A DNA stretch of 64,000 nt from the human T2T-CHM13v2.0 reference genome, Homo sapiens: NCBI RefSeq assembly GCF_009914755.1, contig NC_060925.1. One strand, given 5' to 3'. Within the stretch, counting starts at the first letter, position 1. Each line of letters begins with the position of its first letter. The notes beneath the pieces were generated by a model. It was not told the origin of the DNA. It saw only the letters and a program-made list of their open reading frames with translations, and made no database searches. The translations under genes and the position numbers were made by a program. Shown one piece after another: positions 31,248 to 44,661 of the stretch.

Positions 31248-33052
31248 AGGGTACACTTTTAAGCAGAGACACTACTTTGAAGGTCATAAAAAATATAATA
31301 AGAGATAAGGCTAATTTCCTTTAATAATAATAATAAAATCCTTTAATAAAAATATAAAGGAATAATATAATAATTTTCTTTATTAAAATATAATAAGAGA
31401 TAAGGCTAATTTCCTTTAATAAAATACAGTAACTACATACCAACAGAACTCCAAAAAAAGAAATGGAGAGGAAGGGAGCATGGGTCATTAATCTTGTCAA
31501 AAATATAAAATTATATACGAGGAATTCCTAGAAACTGTTTTCCTTGTCTGCGGCCATTGTGCTGCTGCTACACAACTACCGCAAGCAGCCCTTCACGCCC
31601 TCCTCCCAGTACAAAGCTAATTGACTTGTGAGAAATGTTAAGCTTGGAAGAGTCAGCATCGCTGCACTTATTTTTTATTCTACTCTGACATTAGAATAAT
31701 CCTTGAGTGGGGGAAAGGTTAAAAACCCCCCTGGATAAGTGTTACTAATTAATGATGATTGTTTTAAACAATGTTTGGATAATTTTTCCTTGTCCCTTGA
31801 CATAAACTTGATAAATAACTGAGAAGTGAGAAGGAGATTAGTGGGTTGATTAAATTCCATTCAGGTACTTAAAGTTAGCTCCAAAAATTTAGCTATTTAT
31901 AAATTGTCATGCATTGTTAATGTATAAGAGATGTAGATTTCATTTATCTTTGGTGGAGCGAGATGAAGCAGTGAATCATTGAGGACTGAAAGAAAGAAAA
32001 AGGTCTTTTCCCTTTTCTTTAAGAAGCATCATTAGTTAAAAACATGTTAGTTGATACCAGAGAACTATATTTAAAGGGACAGCAATAAGCAAATTGATTA
32101 CTCTGGCGATTATTGGAGTGACATTGCCTTTTAGTTGTACTTTCACAAAAATTCACAATATTTGCCAAAGTCAAGTTATCCATTACACTATTAATTTGTC
32201 ATTCTTTTGTTTATATAGTCAATATCTCTTATCTCAATTGGATCTATCTCAACTGCTTCTAAACAAGCCACCATAGTCTCTCCCATTTCAACAATCTCTT
32301 CCAAGTACCATTTCATTTCTTCTTTTCATATTTTTGAAAACTTTTGAAAAACTACCTATTTTCCTCCTCCATTTCTTGTTCATTCCATTCTAGTGGACAT
32401 GGAATCTGTTCCTCCTCCAAAACGGAATTTTGTAACCCTTAAATTACTAAACCCAAAACAATACGTTGTTTTTATCTTTACCTCTCTGTGGCATTTAATG
32501 ATAAGACCACTACTTTCTTCTCTTTTACCCTTCTTTCTTGAATTCAGTCAAACAACGTACTTACATTTTTCGTCTTATTCTCCATCTTAGAAACCACCTC
32601 AGCTTTCTCCATTCAGCCATAAAATTGTGCTTTTCCTCAAAGATTAATCTGCCTCTCCTCTCACTCTATACTATCTCTGTTAGCTAATTTTATTTGTGCA
32701 CATTGCTTATACTGGGCATTATATACACATATGCATGTGTGTACATGTGCACACACACACTGTATGTGGACATGTATATATATATGTGTGTGTGTGTGTA
32801 TATATATAGTATATATATAAATTACAATAACATAAAGGTGGCATTTTAAATTAGTGGAAATTACCCTGATTTGATCACTACACATTCTATACATGTAAAG
32901 AAATATCACTCTGTATCCCAAGAATATGTACAATTATGGTTTGCCAAATGAAAAAGTTCATACATTGAAAAATTTTAGATAAATATCAAACTTTCTCTGA
33001 AACTGTAACTGTAAAATGTAAAAAACAGTAATTGCTATATTGCTTATTTCTG

Positions 33053-33179
33053 AGAATATGAGACATTTCCCTGATCATTATGTGTAATTACAATTACATA
33101 TATATATGTATGTAATATATAAACATATATATATGTAATTGTAATTACACATAATGATCAGGGAAATGTCTCATATTCT
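33053..33179. repeat. Perfect inverted repeat, 57-bp arms with 13-nt spacer
   Basis: 33053-33109 is the exact reverse complement of 33123-33179. Confidence 0.95.
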
Positions 33180-34247
33180 ATATATATAGACAGAGAGAAA
33201 ATATATGAGGGAGAGAAAGAATCTTTCCATCTCCTTTGAGTTCCACGGTGTTGAGAGTCAGGACAACTACAATTGCTTCATCATGCCTGCTTGCAATTAT
33301 AGGGCTTTTGAACCATTTGTTCCCTCCTTAGATATCCTCATTTTTTTCAGATTCTTGCTTAGAAGTCACTCCTCCGTGGACCTCCTCTGACATATTAAAC
33401 ATTGCAGTCCATTATAAGCTGCAAGAGGACAGGGATTTTTGCCTGTTTTATTCCCTACTGTATCACCAGGGGCTACAGCAATATCTGACAAACAGTGGGC
33501 ATGTAATGAATATTTGTTAAGTGAAGTAATAAATTCAATCAAATCGCATCACCTGTTTAAAGCACTTCATTGGCTTCACATTGCACTTAGAATAAAGAGA
33601 AATTCTTTTTATACAATATAAGTTCCTGCAGAATGCAGACACTTTCTACTTTTCCAGCCTCTTTTCAACTCCTCTCCTACTGGCTTCTGTATTTAAGCCA
33701 CATTAGACCTTTCTTCAGTTTTTTGTATAGACTTTGTCGCATCACACCTCAGAGGTTCTGTACATGTTCTTCCTCCTGCCTAGAAAGAGTCGTCCCTCCA
33801 CTTTCGCCAACTAATCCCTGCTCAACTTTTCATCTCAGCAGGAGGCCCATTCTCTTTGGCAATCCTCTGGCCTCCAGCCCATTTATTATATACTCACATG
33901 TCAACATGTACTTCGTACAGCATGTAACACAATTGCACTTTTATATTTTAACAAATTATGTTTCCCATATTGAACTGTAAGTCTCCTGAAAGGAGGAATT
34001 TTGTTCTTGCTCATCAACTTTTTCAACATCCAGTGCACCATTTAGAACTTAGATGTAGTCAATACAGGTTTGTGGAATGAAAGAGGAAAAGAAAGAATTA
34101 ATATCCCTTTAAATTAGGATGGCAAAGATTGTATATAGAAAATTGGCTAAGTTGTGGTCCATTCATGTTTGCTCCCAATTAAGGAGCACAGCTATGAAAA
34201 GGAAGGCTTCAAATTAATAACCAATAGATTTTTAAAAAAAGAAAACT

Positions 34248-34545
34248 GGCCAGGTACTGTGGCTTATGTCTGTAATATCAGCATGTTGGGAGGCCAAGGC
34301 AGGATTACTTGAGCCCAGAAATTCCAGACCAGCCTGAGAATTTGGCAAAACTCTGTCTCTACAAAAAATACAAAAATTAGCCAAGTTTGGTGGCATGTGC
34401 CTGTAGTACCAGCTACTTGGGAGGCTGAGGTGGAAGAATAGCTTGAGTCTGGGAGGTCAAGGCTGCAATGAGCTGTGATCACACCACTGCACTCAAGCCT
34501 GGGTGGTAGAGTAAGAACCTGTCTCAAAAAAAAAAAAAAAGAAAA
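34248..34545 (+). mobile_element. AluJ element
   Basis: Divergent dimeric Alu with poly-A. Confidence 0.9.
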
Positions 34546-35739
34546 ATCAGTAAGCAAAATAAGACAGTGAAGGATCATGTCAAAGGTAAGAAAAATTAGG
34601 GGAACATTAAAAGCTTTCTTCCCAAGCCACTAAATCAACTTGACTAACAAAATTACCACTTGATTTAGCATTAGAAAATTACATTACATATCAAACATAA
34701 ACTCATTAATCAAATACTAAAGAAATTTCTGAGTTAAATGGTATAATGTTAGCTTATGCCAGAGCTGACCCTGAAAGATTGTTCAAATATGGCTCAGTGT
34801 GATTGAAAGTTCTGTGTGAATATGTTTTTGGAAAGATCCAACAGCAACACCTTAGTGTATGTTTTTGAAATAAAATGTATCTGAGTAGCAGCAAAGTTAT
34901 TCTCAAATTTCCATTTTATAGCTGGAGATGTTATACCGTGACATATATGATAGGACCCAATATGGATTAATCCCTTTTGGAAGTCAATCAGGAAGAGGGG
35001 AGCAGTTAAAACCGTTGCTTGGTTTACAAACAGTAGAACAATTTTCTTATTCACACCATCTGATTATTGTATTTTATTTTTTCCCCAGCGTTTAGACTAC
35101 ACAATGAGTTAAGAATGACAAAAATAAGCTCACCAATATACTATGTACATACTTACCAAAATCTGTGCATGCTTATACATATAAACACAGCTGATAATTT
35201 ATTAGTCAGGCTCATTTGTAATTTTTGTCACTATAGACCAGTTTTTTATTTAAATTGAAGATTAGTACACATTTTAAATGATTAGTCAAAATAAAAAATC
35301 TAAAATGTGCTCTAAATACCTCTTAGGTCAGAAAAAAAAAGTCAAAAGCTAGAATATAGAGAAATTAAGAAATGCCCTAAATTTCTAATCTGACAAAAAT
35401 TCATATGAGATTTAAATATTTTAATGGAAAATAGAACAGAACTAATCATTGAAGAAATTATAGAAAGGAAACAAAACAGATTATATGGAGGATTTTTAGA
35501 AGATAAGTAAATAAATTAATATACTAGGAAAAAACAAGGGAAATATAATTGATAAATAAATACAGGTAAGAGTTCTTTTGAAATAATAATAAAATAGAAA
35601 ATCTCTGTCAAAACTAAAAGGAAAGATGCATAAATATATAAATAAATGATAAAACGATGTTGCATACATATATGACTTTTTCAGAATCAAAAAATTTAAA
35701 TTTCTGTAATAAAATTTAAATGTTTATAAATTTAAAAAA

Positions 35740-36700
35740 CTAGAAGAAAGAATGTTGACTGTTCACAATACAAATAAATGACAAATATTTGAGGTGATGG
35801 ATATGCTAATTATCCTTATTTGATCATTGGACATTGTATACATGTATCAAAATATCACTCTGTATCCCATGAATATGTACAATTATTTGTCTCAAAAACA
35901 AACAAACAAAAGATAATGGGAGAATGTTGAAAACTCAGAGAGAAGAGCAACTCTCACAGATAGGGATCCAGATAACATTAGCAGCTGATTTCTCGGCAGA
36001 AACCTTGAAGGCCAGTAGGCAGTCGATTATATATTTAAAATAATGAAGAAACCTGTCAATTGAGAAATCTATAGCTGGAAAACTTATCCTTCAAAAATGA
36101 GGGAGAAATTAAGACAATTCCGGATTTTTTTTTAAAACTGAAAAAAAATCCATTTATCCCTGAATTTGCCATTCAAGAAGTGTTAAGTCCTTCAGGTTGA
36201 AATAAATGAACTCTAGGCAATAACTATATAAGTAAATAAGCAAGCTGTATGAATATACAAAGCTCTCTGGTAAAGGTAAATACATAAACAAACATAAAAA
36301 CAGTCCTATTGTAATTTTGGTTTCTAACTCTGCTTTTTATTTTCTACATAATTTAAAAGGCAAATGCATAAAATGTAACTGTAAATCTGTTAGCTGGTAT
36401 ACAATGAATAAAGATATAATTTGTTACATCAATAACATAAAAAGAGTAGAGCTATATGTATAGCAGTAGAATTTTGGTATGTGATTGAACTTGTTGAAAT
36501 AAATTCAAATTAAAATGTTATAACTCTAGGATGTTATATGTAATTCTCATAGTAACCAAAAACGAAATATACACAGAATATAAACAAAAGGAAATGAGAC
36601 TAGAAACAAAATGTGTCACTACAAAAAAATCAACTAAAGATAAAAAAGAAATAATTGAGAAAATGGCAAAAATCAGTAACTCTGACGTATTAAAACTTTC
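35740..36700 (+). mobile_element. Old L1M fragments (L1MA-type 3' end, then ORF1/inter-ORF region)
   Basis: 'gaggtgatggatatgctaattatcc...aaaatatcactctgtatcccatgaatatgtacaattat' and 'gcagctgatttctcggcagaaaccttgaaggccagtaggcag'. Confidence 0.7.
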
Positions 36701-37407
36701 CATGCTACATAAATCTGAAAACTCTATTTCACATAAAACTGGAGCTGAAAGAGACAAATATTTACCTATAAAGTTAAAAGTTATATAGGGAACAAACACT
36801 AATTTTTTTTAGAAAAAATTATAAAAAGAGTAAAAATATGCCTTATACTACCCCAATTTCATGTTTTACAGCTCTGGGAAAATAGAAAATAAAATGTTCT
36901 GTTAGCATGAATCCCTCTGTGCCCCCAAAAAACCCTATGGATTGCATCATTATTACCTAAAAAGTCTATTGTCAAATGCAGCAGAGTGATATTTTTTACA
37001 AGGTAGATATTAATTTTAGATATGGAATAATATTGGTGATTTCAATTTTATAACACTGGGTTAAGATGAAAGAATGAGAAGATAAAGGTCCCTCAGCAAT
37101 ATAACTCACAAACATGTTCAGAAGCAGTAAGAAGTTACATTAATTATCTTTTGAAAGTCAATAATCTACATCTTTAATGTATGCATATAGCACAGCTAAT
37201 GTACTATCGCTGGGTCCATTTATTCAATGAATAATTGCCGCTATGTGTCAGACATTTTTCTAGGCCTAGGAATGGATACATAAGTGAACAAAGCAAAGAT
37301 TCTGGTTCTTGTAGAGTTTCCATTAAAAGACCATTTAGTAAAACTTTTCTTCCCCCAAATTATAAAATCTGTAAGATGATTTAACAACATGTGTAAAAGT
37401 CATTGTG

Positions 37408-37718
<311 letters not shown>

Positions 37719-38230
37719 TTATTTTCTACAACTTTGGTAACTTTAGCATATACCCCAAATCTGTAAGACATAATATTATAATTCAAATGCAACTCATGGC
37801 TTCTCATTGTACTCTTTCTCTAGCTTTTGAATTATTTATTCTAATACCAGTTTTAATTCTGACACAAAAGCATGGGAGTTCTAATCAAAATCCAACCTTT
37901 TATCATAAAAACTATGAAGAAATTATGAGTAGAACTTAAAAAGGAAAATAGGCCTATTAATTAGATTTGTCTTTGTAGCATTTAACTCTATAATAAATAA
38001 CATAATATTTTATGCCTATGAGTACCCAACAAAGCCTCCAGCTTCTATTTAGATATAAAATGTAAAAGTCACTACTGGATCCACAAGCAAGACTATGGTA
38101 AAGAAATTTCTCCACCTAACCAGCTTCTTTTACATGATGTTACATGTTTCTTTTGTTTTTTCATTTTGGCAAATATTGATTGTCATCTTCGTGTTTGTCT
38201 ATGTCCTAAGTGCTGGGATACAGAATCTGA

Positions 38231-38563
<333 letters not shown>

Positions 38564-39046
38564 TAGGAGTTCACGCTTTAGTTGGGGAAAATATACAATA
38601 AGCAAGCCAATTTTTAAAAAGAGAACTGCAATTAGAGTTAAATGCTACAAAGACAATCTCACAGGAAGATGGGATGTAGAATGATAAGGCTCTCAGAATA
38701 GTAAGAGAAACTATTGCTTCTTACGATGTTTGTCTTTCTTTGTATCAGTGCTGAGTCTGCAGTGCTTCAGAGGCAGCTTTCATTTTATAAAAATCTATGA
38801 TTTCTCCTTCCAGTTGTTTTTTCTCTTCCTCGAGCCTCCTTATCTCCTCCTGTTGAATCATTTTAAGATGCTCGAATTTGTCCTGCAACTGTGAAACCAA
38901 TGTGCAGTTGTGACACCAAAGCAGTGTGGCTGAACACCCAAAAGAATATGCTTTTTTCTGATTATCAAACAAACCTAAATCATCACAGTAGAGCACGATC
39001 TTAATAACAATCTCAAAAACTCAGGAGTAAACACTCAGATATGGAA

Positions 39047-40675
<1,629 letters not shown>

Positions 40676-40679
40676 TGAG

Positions 40680-43600
40680 GCCTGGCCTTCTGCTCCTCTC
40701 CAACCTCCCCTTCTCTGGGCCCAAGCCACCTTGGCTGAGGAGGGGGCGAGGAGGTGTGAGCCCCTGCCAGGAACCCCCTGCCCGGACCAAGTACTCGGCC
40801 CTCAGGCCTGCGTTCAGTGAGGCCTCCCGTGGCGTCAGCATGTTCGTGTGGAGGAATGTGGAAGTTCACTCTGTGGCCGTGTTCCCCTGGTACTCCATCC
40901 CCTTCCTGACGCACCCCCCGCAGCCACACGAGGCCCAGCAACCTGCCAGTCACTCAGTAGCCTCCAACCAGAGAAAACAACCTGCCAAGTTGGCAGCTGT
41001 TGCTCATGAGCGTCCACCAGGTGGGACAGGGAGTGTTGACCCTGGGCGGCCCCCTGGAGCCATCTGCCCTGAAAGCCCAGGGCCTGCAACCCCACACACT
41101 TTGCGGGTGGTGGAACCTGGTAAAAGCTCACCTCCCACCATGGAGGAGGAGCCCTGGGCCCCTCAGGAGAGTCCCTGCTGGACAGTGAGACAGAGAATGA
41201 CCATGATGATGCTTTCCTCTCCATCATGTCTCCTGACACCCAGTTGCCTCTACCACTCAGATGATGTCAGGCCCAGTCCCTCAGTGCCCTGCGCAAGGAA
41301 CAGGACTCATCTTCTGATAAGGATGGACGCAACCCCAACAAATGGGACAAGGACCACATCTGGTGGCCCATGAGTGGCGGTCATGATCTTCAGCAAGCGG
41401 CACCAGGCCCTGGCAGGGCGCACCAGGGTCACCCTAACCAGGATAACCAGACCATCAGCCAGATGCTGAGCGAGCGGTGGTACACCCTGGGGCCCAATGA
41501 GATGCAGAAATACAACCTGGCCTTCCAGGTGAAGGTGGCCCACTTGCAACAAGGACCGAAAGAAGTCCAGCTCAGAGGCCAAGCCCACAAGCCAGGGGCT
41601 AGCAGGAGTGTAACAAGGGCTCGTGGGAGCGGAGCATATCAGAGACGGGCACTGCCACTGCCCCTGGGGTGTCCTCTGAACTCCTGTCAGTTGCAGCCCA
41701 AACACTCCAGAGCTCGGATACCAAGGAGCAGCTTCTGTGGGGCAGAACAGCTGCACACAGTCAGGGAACCTGGCTCAGCCTGGCCCAAGCCTTCTCCCAC
41801 AGAGGGGTACACAGCCTGGACGGCAGGGAAATAGACCGCCAGGCACTACGGGAACTGACACAGGTGGTGTCTGGCACTGCATCATACTCTGGCCCAAAGC
41901 CTTCTACTCAGCATGGAGCTCCAGGCCACTTTGCAGCCCCTGGTGAGGGAGGTGACCCGTGGGCAGCCCTGCTGCTGCCCACCTGAGCTGCTCATTCCCA
42001 GCACATGGCCGGTGAGGACACAGCGAGTGACGAGGAGCACACGGTCATCCATGAGGAGGAGGGGGTGATGATGTCATTGCTGATGATGGCTTTAGCACCA
42101 CCGACACCGATCTCAAGTTCAAGGAGTGGGTGACCGACTGAGAGTGGGGACAACTCTGGGGAGGAGCCAGAGGGCAACAAGGGCTTTGGTGGGAAGGTAT
42201 TTGCACCTGTCATTCCTTCCTCCTTTACTCCTGCCGCCCCTTGCTGGATCCTGAGCCCCCAGGGTCCCCCGATCCACCTGCAGCTTTTGGCAAAGTCTAT
42301 GGTCCCACCCTGTCCTCCTCCAACACATACTTGGATGCTTCCTCCTCAACCTTGGCACCCACCTCCTTCTTACTGGGCCCAGGAGCCTTCAAAGCCCAGG
42401 AGTCTGGTCAAGGCAGCAGAGCGGGCCCCCTACGGCCCCTACCCCTGGGGATGGGGGCCCAGGGATGCCTTCCAAGGTGACCTGTTTCCTCCCAATGGAT
42501 CCTGCCACCTTCTGGTGCAAGAGACCTGAAAGTGTGGGTGACCTGGAGCTACCAGGCTCCTCAGTCATCAGGGTCCCTCCCAACACTAAGGCTTTCCTAG
42601 GCAGGAGCTGGGCTGAGCCACCCGGGGGGCAGAGCCTGAAGAGAAATTGACTGGGCTTTCGGGGTCGGGGCAGAGGGAACCCCACGGACATGGATCCCAC
42701 ACTGGAGGACCCCACCACGCCCAAATGCAAGATGAGAAGATGCTCCAGCTGCAGTCCAAAGCCCAACACCCCCAAGTGTGCCATGTGTGATGGGGACAGC
42801 TTCCCCTTTGCCTGTACAGGTGGAGAAGCCGAGGACAGGCTCAGGGAACCGGAGACCAAGAAGGCGCTGTCCTCTTCACTGCACGTGCCCTGGACCAGTG
42901 CCGGCCCTGATCATGCAGCTCTTCCAGGCCCACTGCTTCTTCCTGTCCACTAGGCCACAGCCGCCCTCCAGGCCCACTATGCACACATCTTCCCCTCCAA
43001 GGTTTGTTCTGCCCCAGCCCTGACTCCCAGCCCTGTGGGGGTCCTGACCGCACCTCACCTGGCTCAGACTCTTGACGCTGCCCTGGCCGCCCCACCACTG
43101 CCTGTGCCCGAGAGTCACGTGAGGCTGAGAGTAGGGGCAGGGGCAGCAGTGGTGCCAGTTGGGGGGCGGTCCAGTGGGAGGAGCCTCAGCCTCGCGGGCT
43201 GCTCCGTGGGACTGATGACTGCATGATCTTCTGGGCACCTCACGGATCTTCAACTGCAGGTGAAACGGATGCTGGTGGTGGGTGCAGGGCCGCTGGGAGC
43301 CGCTGCATGGTTCCGAGGCTGGACTGGGGCAGGTGCCAACTGAAGCTGCTGGGGCAGCATGGGCAGGATGTTCTGCACACAAACCTTGGAGAAGAAGATG
43401 TGTGCATAGCGGGTCCACTGCTGCTGCCCCTGCCCTGACTCCCAGCCCTGCCTGACCCCACCTCAACCTGCTCAGGCTCTGGCGCAACCCTGGCTGCCCT
43501 GCCACTGCCTCTGCCCCAGAGTTGGGGCCTTGACAGCCTGGTTGGAAGGGGACACCCCAGCCCTGCCTCAACACCTGGGGGTCTCCATAACTACCACAGG

Positions 43601-43746
43601 CAGGTGGGCAACCCCAAAGATCCCAGGACTCACAGTACCCCCTGAGAACATGGACAGTATGTGGGGGTAGCAATGGAGGGCAGGATGGTTATCTTCTCCC
43701 AGGTAAAGCCATTTAATCCTTTCAGTTTGGGACGGAGTAAGGCCTG

Positions 43747-43777
<31 letters not shown>

Positions 43778-44548
43778 GAGACCGAGTCTTGCTCTGTCGC
43801 CCAGGCTGGAGTACAGTGGTGCGATCTTGGCTCACTGCAACCTCTTCCCGCCGGGTTCACGCCATTCTCCTGCCTCAGCCTTCCGGGTAGCTAGGATTAC
43901 AGGTGCACGCTACCACGTCCGGCTAATTTTTGTATTTTTAGTACAGACGGGGCTTCATCATCTTGGCCAGGCTGATTTCGATCTCCTGACATCGTGATCT
44001 GCCTGCCTCCCCCTCCCAAAGTGCTGGGATTACAGGCGTGAGCCACCACACCTGGCCAAGGCCTGCTCCTCTTATCTATACCCCCTACCCCTGCAGCTGT
44101 GCCGGGGGAAAGCTGGGCAGTTTCCCTCCTCCGAGCCCCTGTACATACCATGAATTGTGGGACCTTCAGAGCTTTTCACTTTTCGGAAAATAGCTCCTAC
44201 TGGGGCTACAAGATGGAGTGTGAAGAGGGCCTTGGGCCACAGGGAGGCGCCTGTGGACTAGGGGGAGTTCATGCACCCCTTCTTTCCCCAGAAGGGCTGG
44301 ACTCAGGTGAGTATGGGGGTGGGGGCTCCTGCACTTCGACACAGGCAGCGGGAGGGTTTTCTCCCCATTCCCTCTGCACTCCCAACTTGAGCTATACTTT
44401 TTAAGAAAGTGATTCACCCTGCCTTTGCCCCCTTCCCCAGAACAGAACACGTTGATCATGGGCGATATTTTTCACTGTGCCAAAAAGTTGCCATGACCAT
44501 CATTAAACCTGTTTAACACCAAATAATAAGGAAAATAAAATAAAAAAA
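40680..44548 (+). pseudogene. CICP: Processed capicua (CIC short isoform) pseudogene, frameshifted, internally deleted and rearranged
   Basis: Intronless matches to CIC: KYSALRP...[17 protein letters not shown] (CIC-S MYSAHRP...MFVWTNVEPRSVAVFPW, with ATG changed to AAG at 40789); HMG box [22 protein letters not shown] (~41350-41560); [12 protein letters not shown]; LDPEPPG; EDPTTPKCKMRRCSSCS; C1-region ALIMQLFQAHCFF. The 3' UTR ends in ATTAAA (~44502) and an A-rich tail. Confidence 0.95.
43750..44057 (-). mobile_element. Young Alu (AluY/Sc) inserted in the CIC pseudogene 3' UTR
   Basis: Poly-T plus reverse Alu. aaggcctgc TSD at ~43739 and ~44058. Confidence 0.95.
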
Positions 44549-44661
44549 TCGGGCATGGTGCAGAAACTCACTCCAAATAAATTACCTACCAAAATATATA
44601 ATGGTGGAAATATTCCAAAATTCCATATTTTGGGATTTATACACAAAAGATAAACAAATTA

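Noticed and set aside
32850-35890. Similar ~70-bp segments at ~32.87 kb and ~35.82 kb as a local duplication
   Set aside because: Both look like L1MA-type 3' ends, and the similarity does not extend into the flanks.
36531-36788. Lys/Glu-rich 85-aa ORF
   Set aside because: It lies in A-rich old L1-derived sequence and has no recognisable domain.
38889-38996. N-terminal part of the 83-aa ORF as septin coding sequence
   Set aside because: It lies upstream of the splice acceptor and is intronic read-through.
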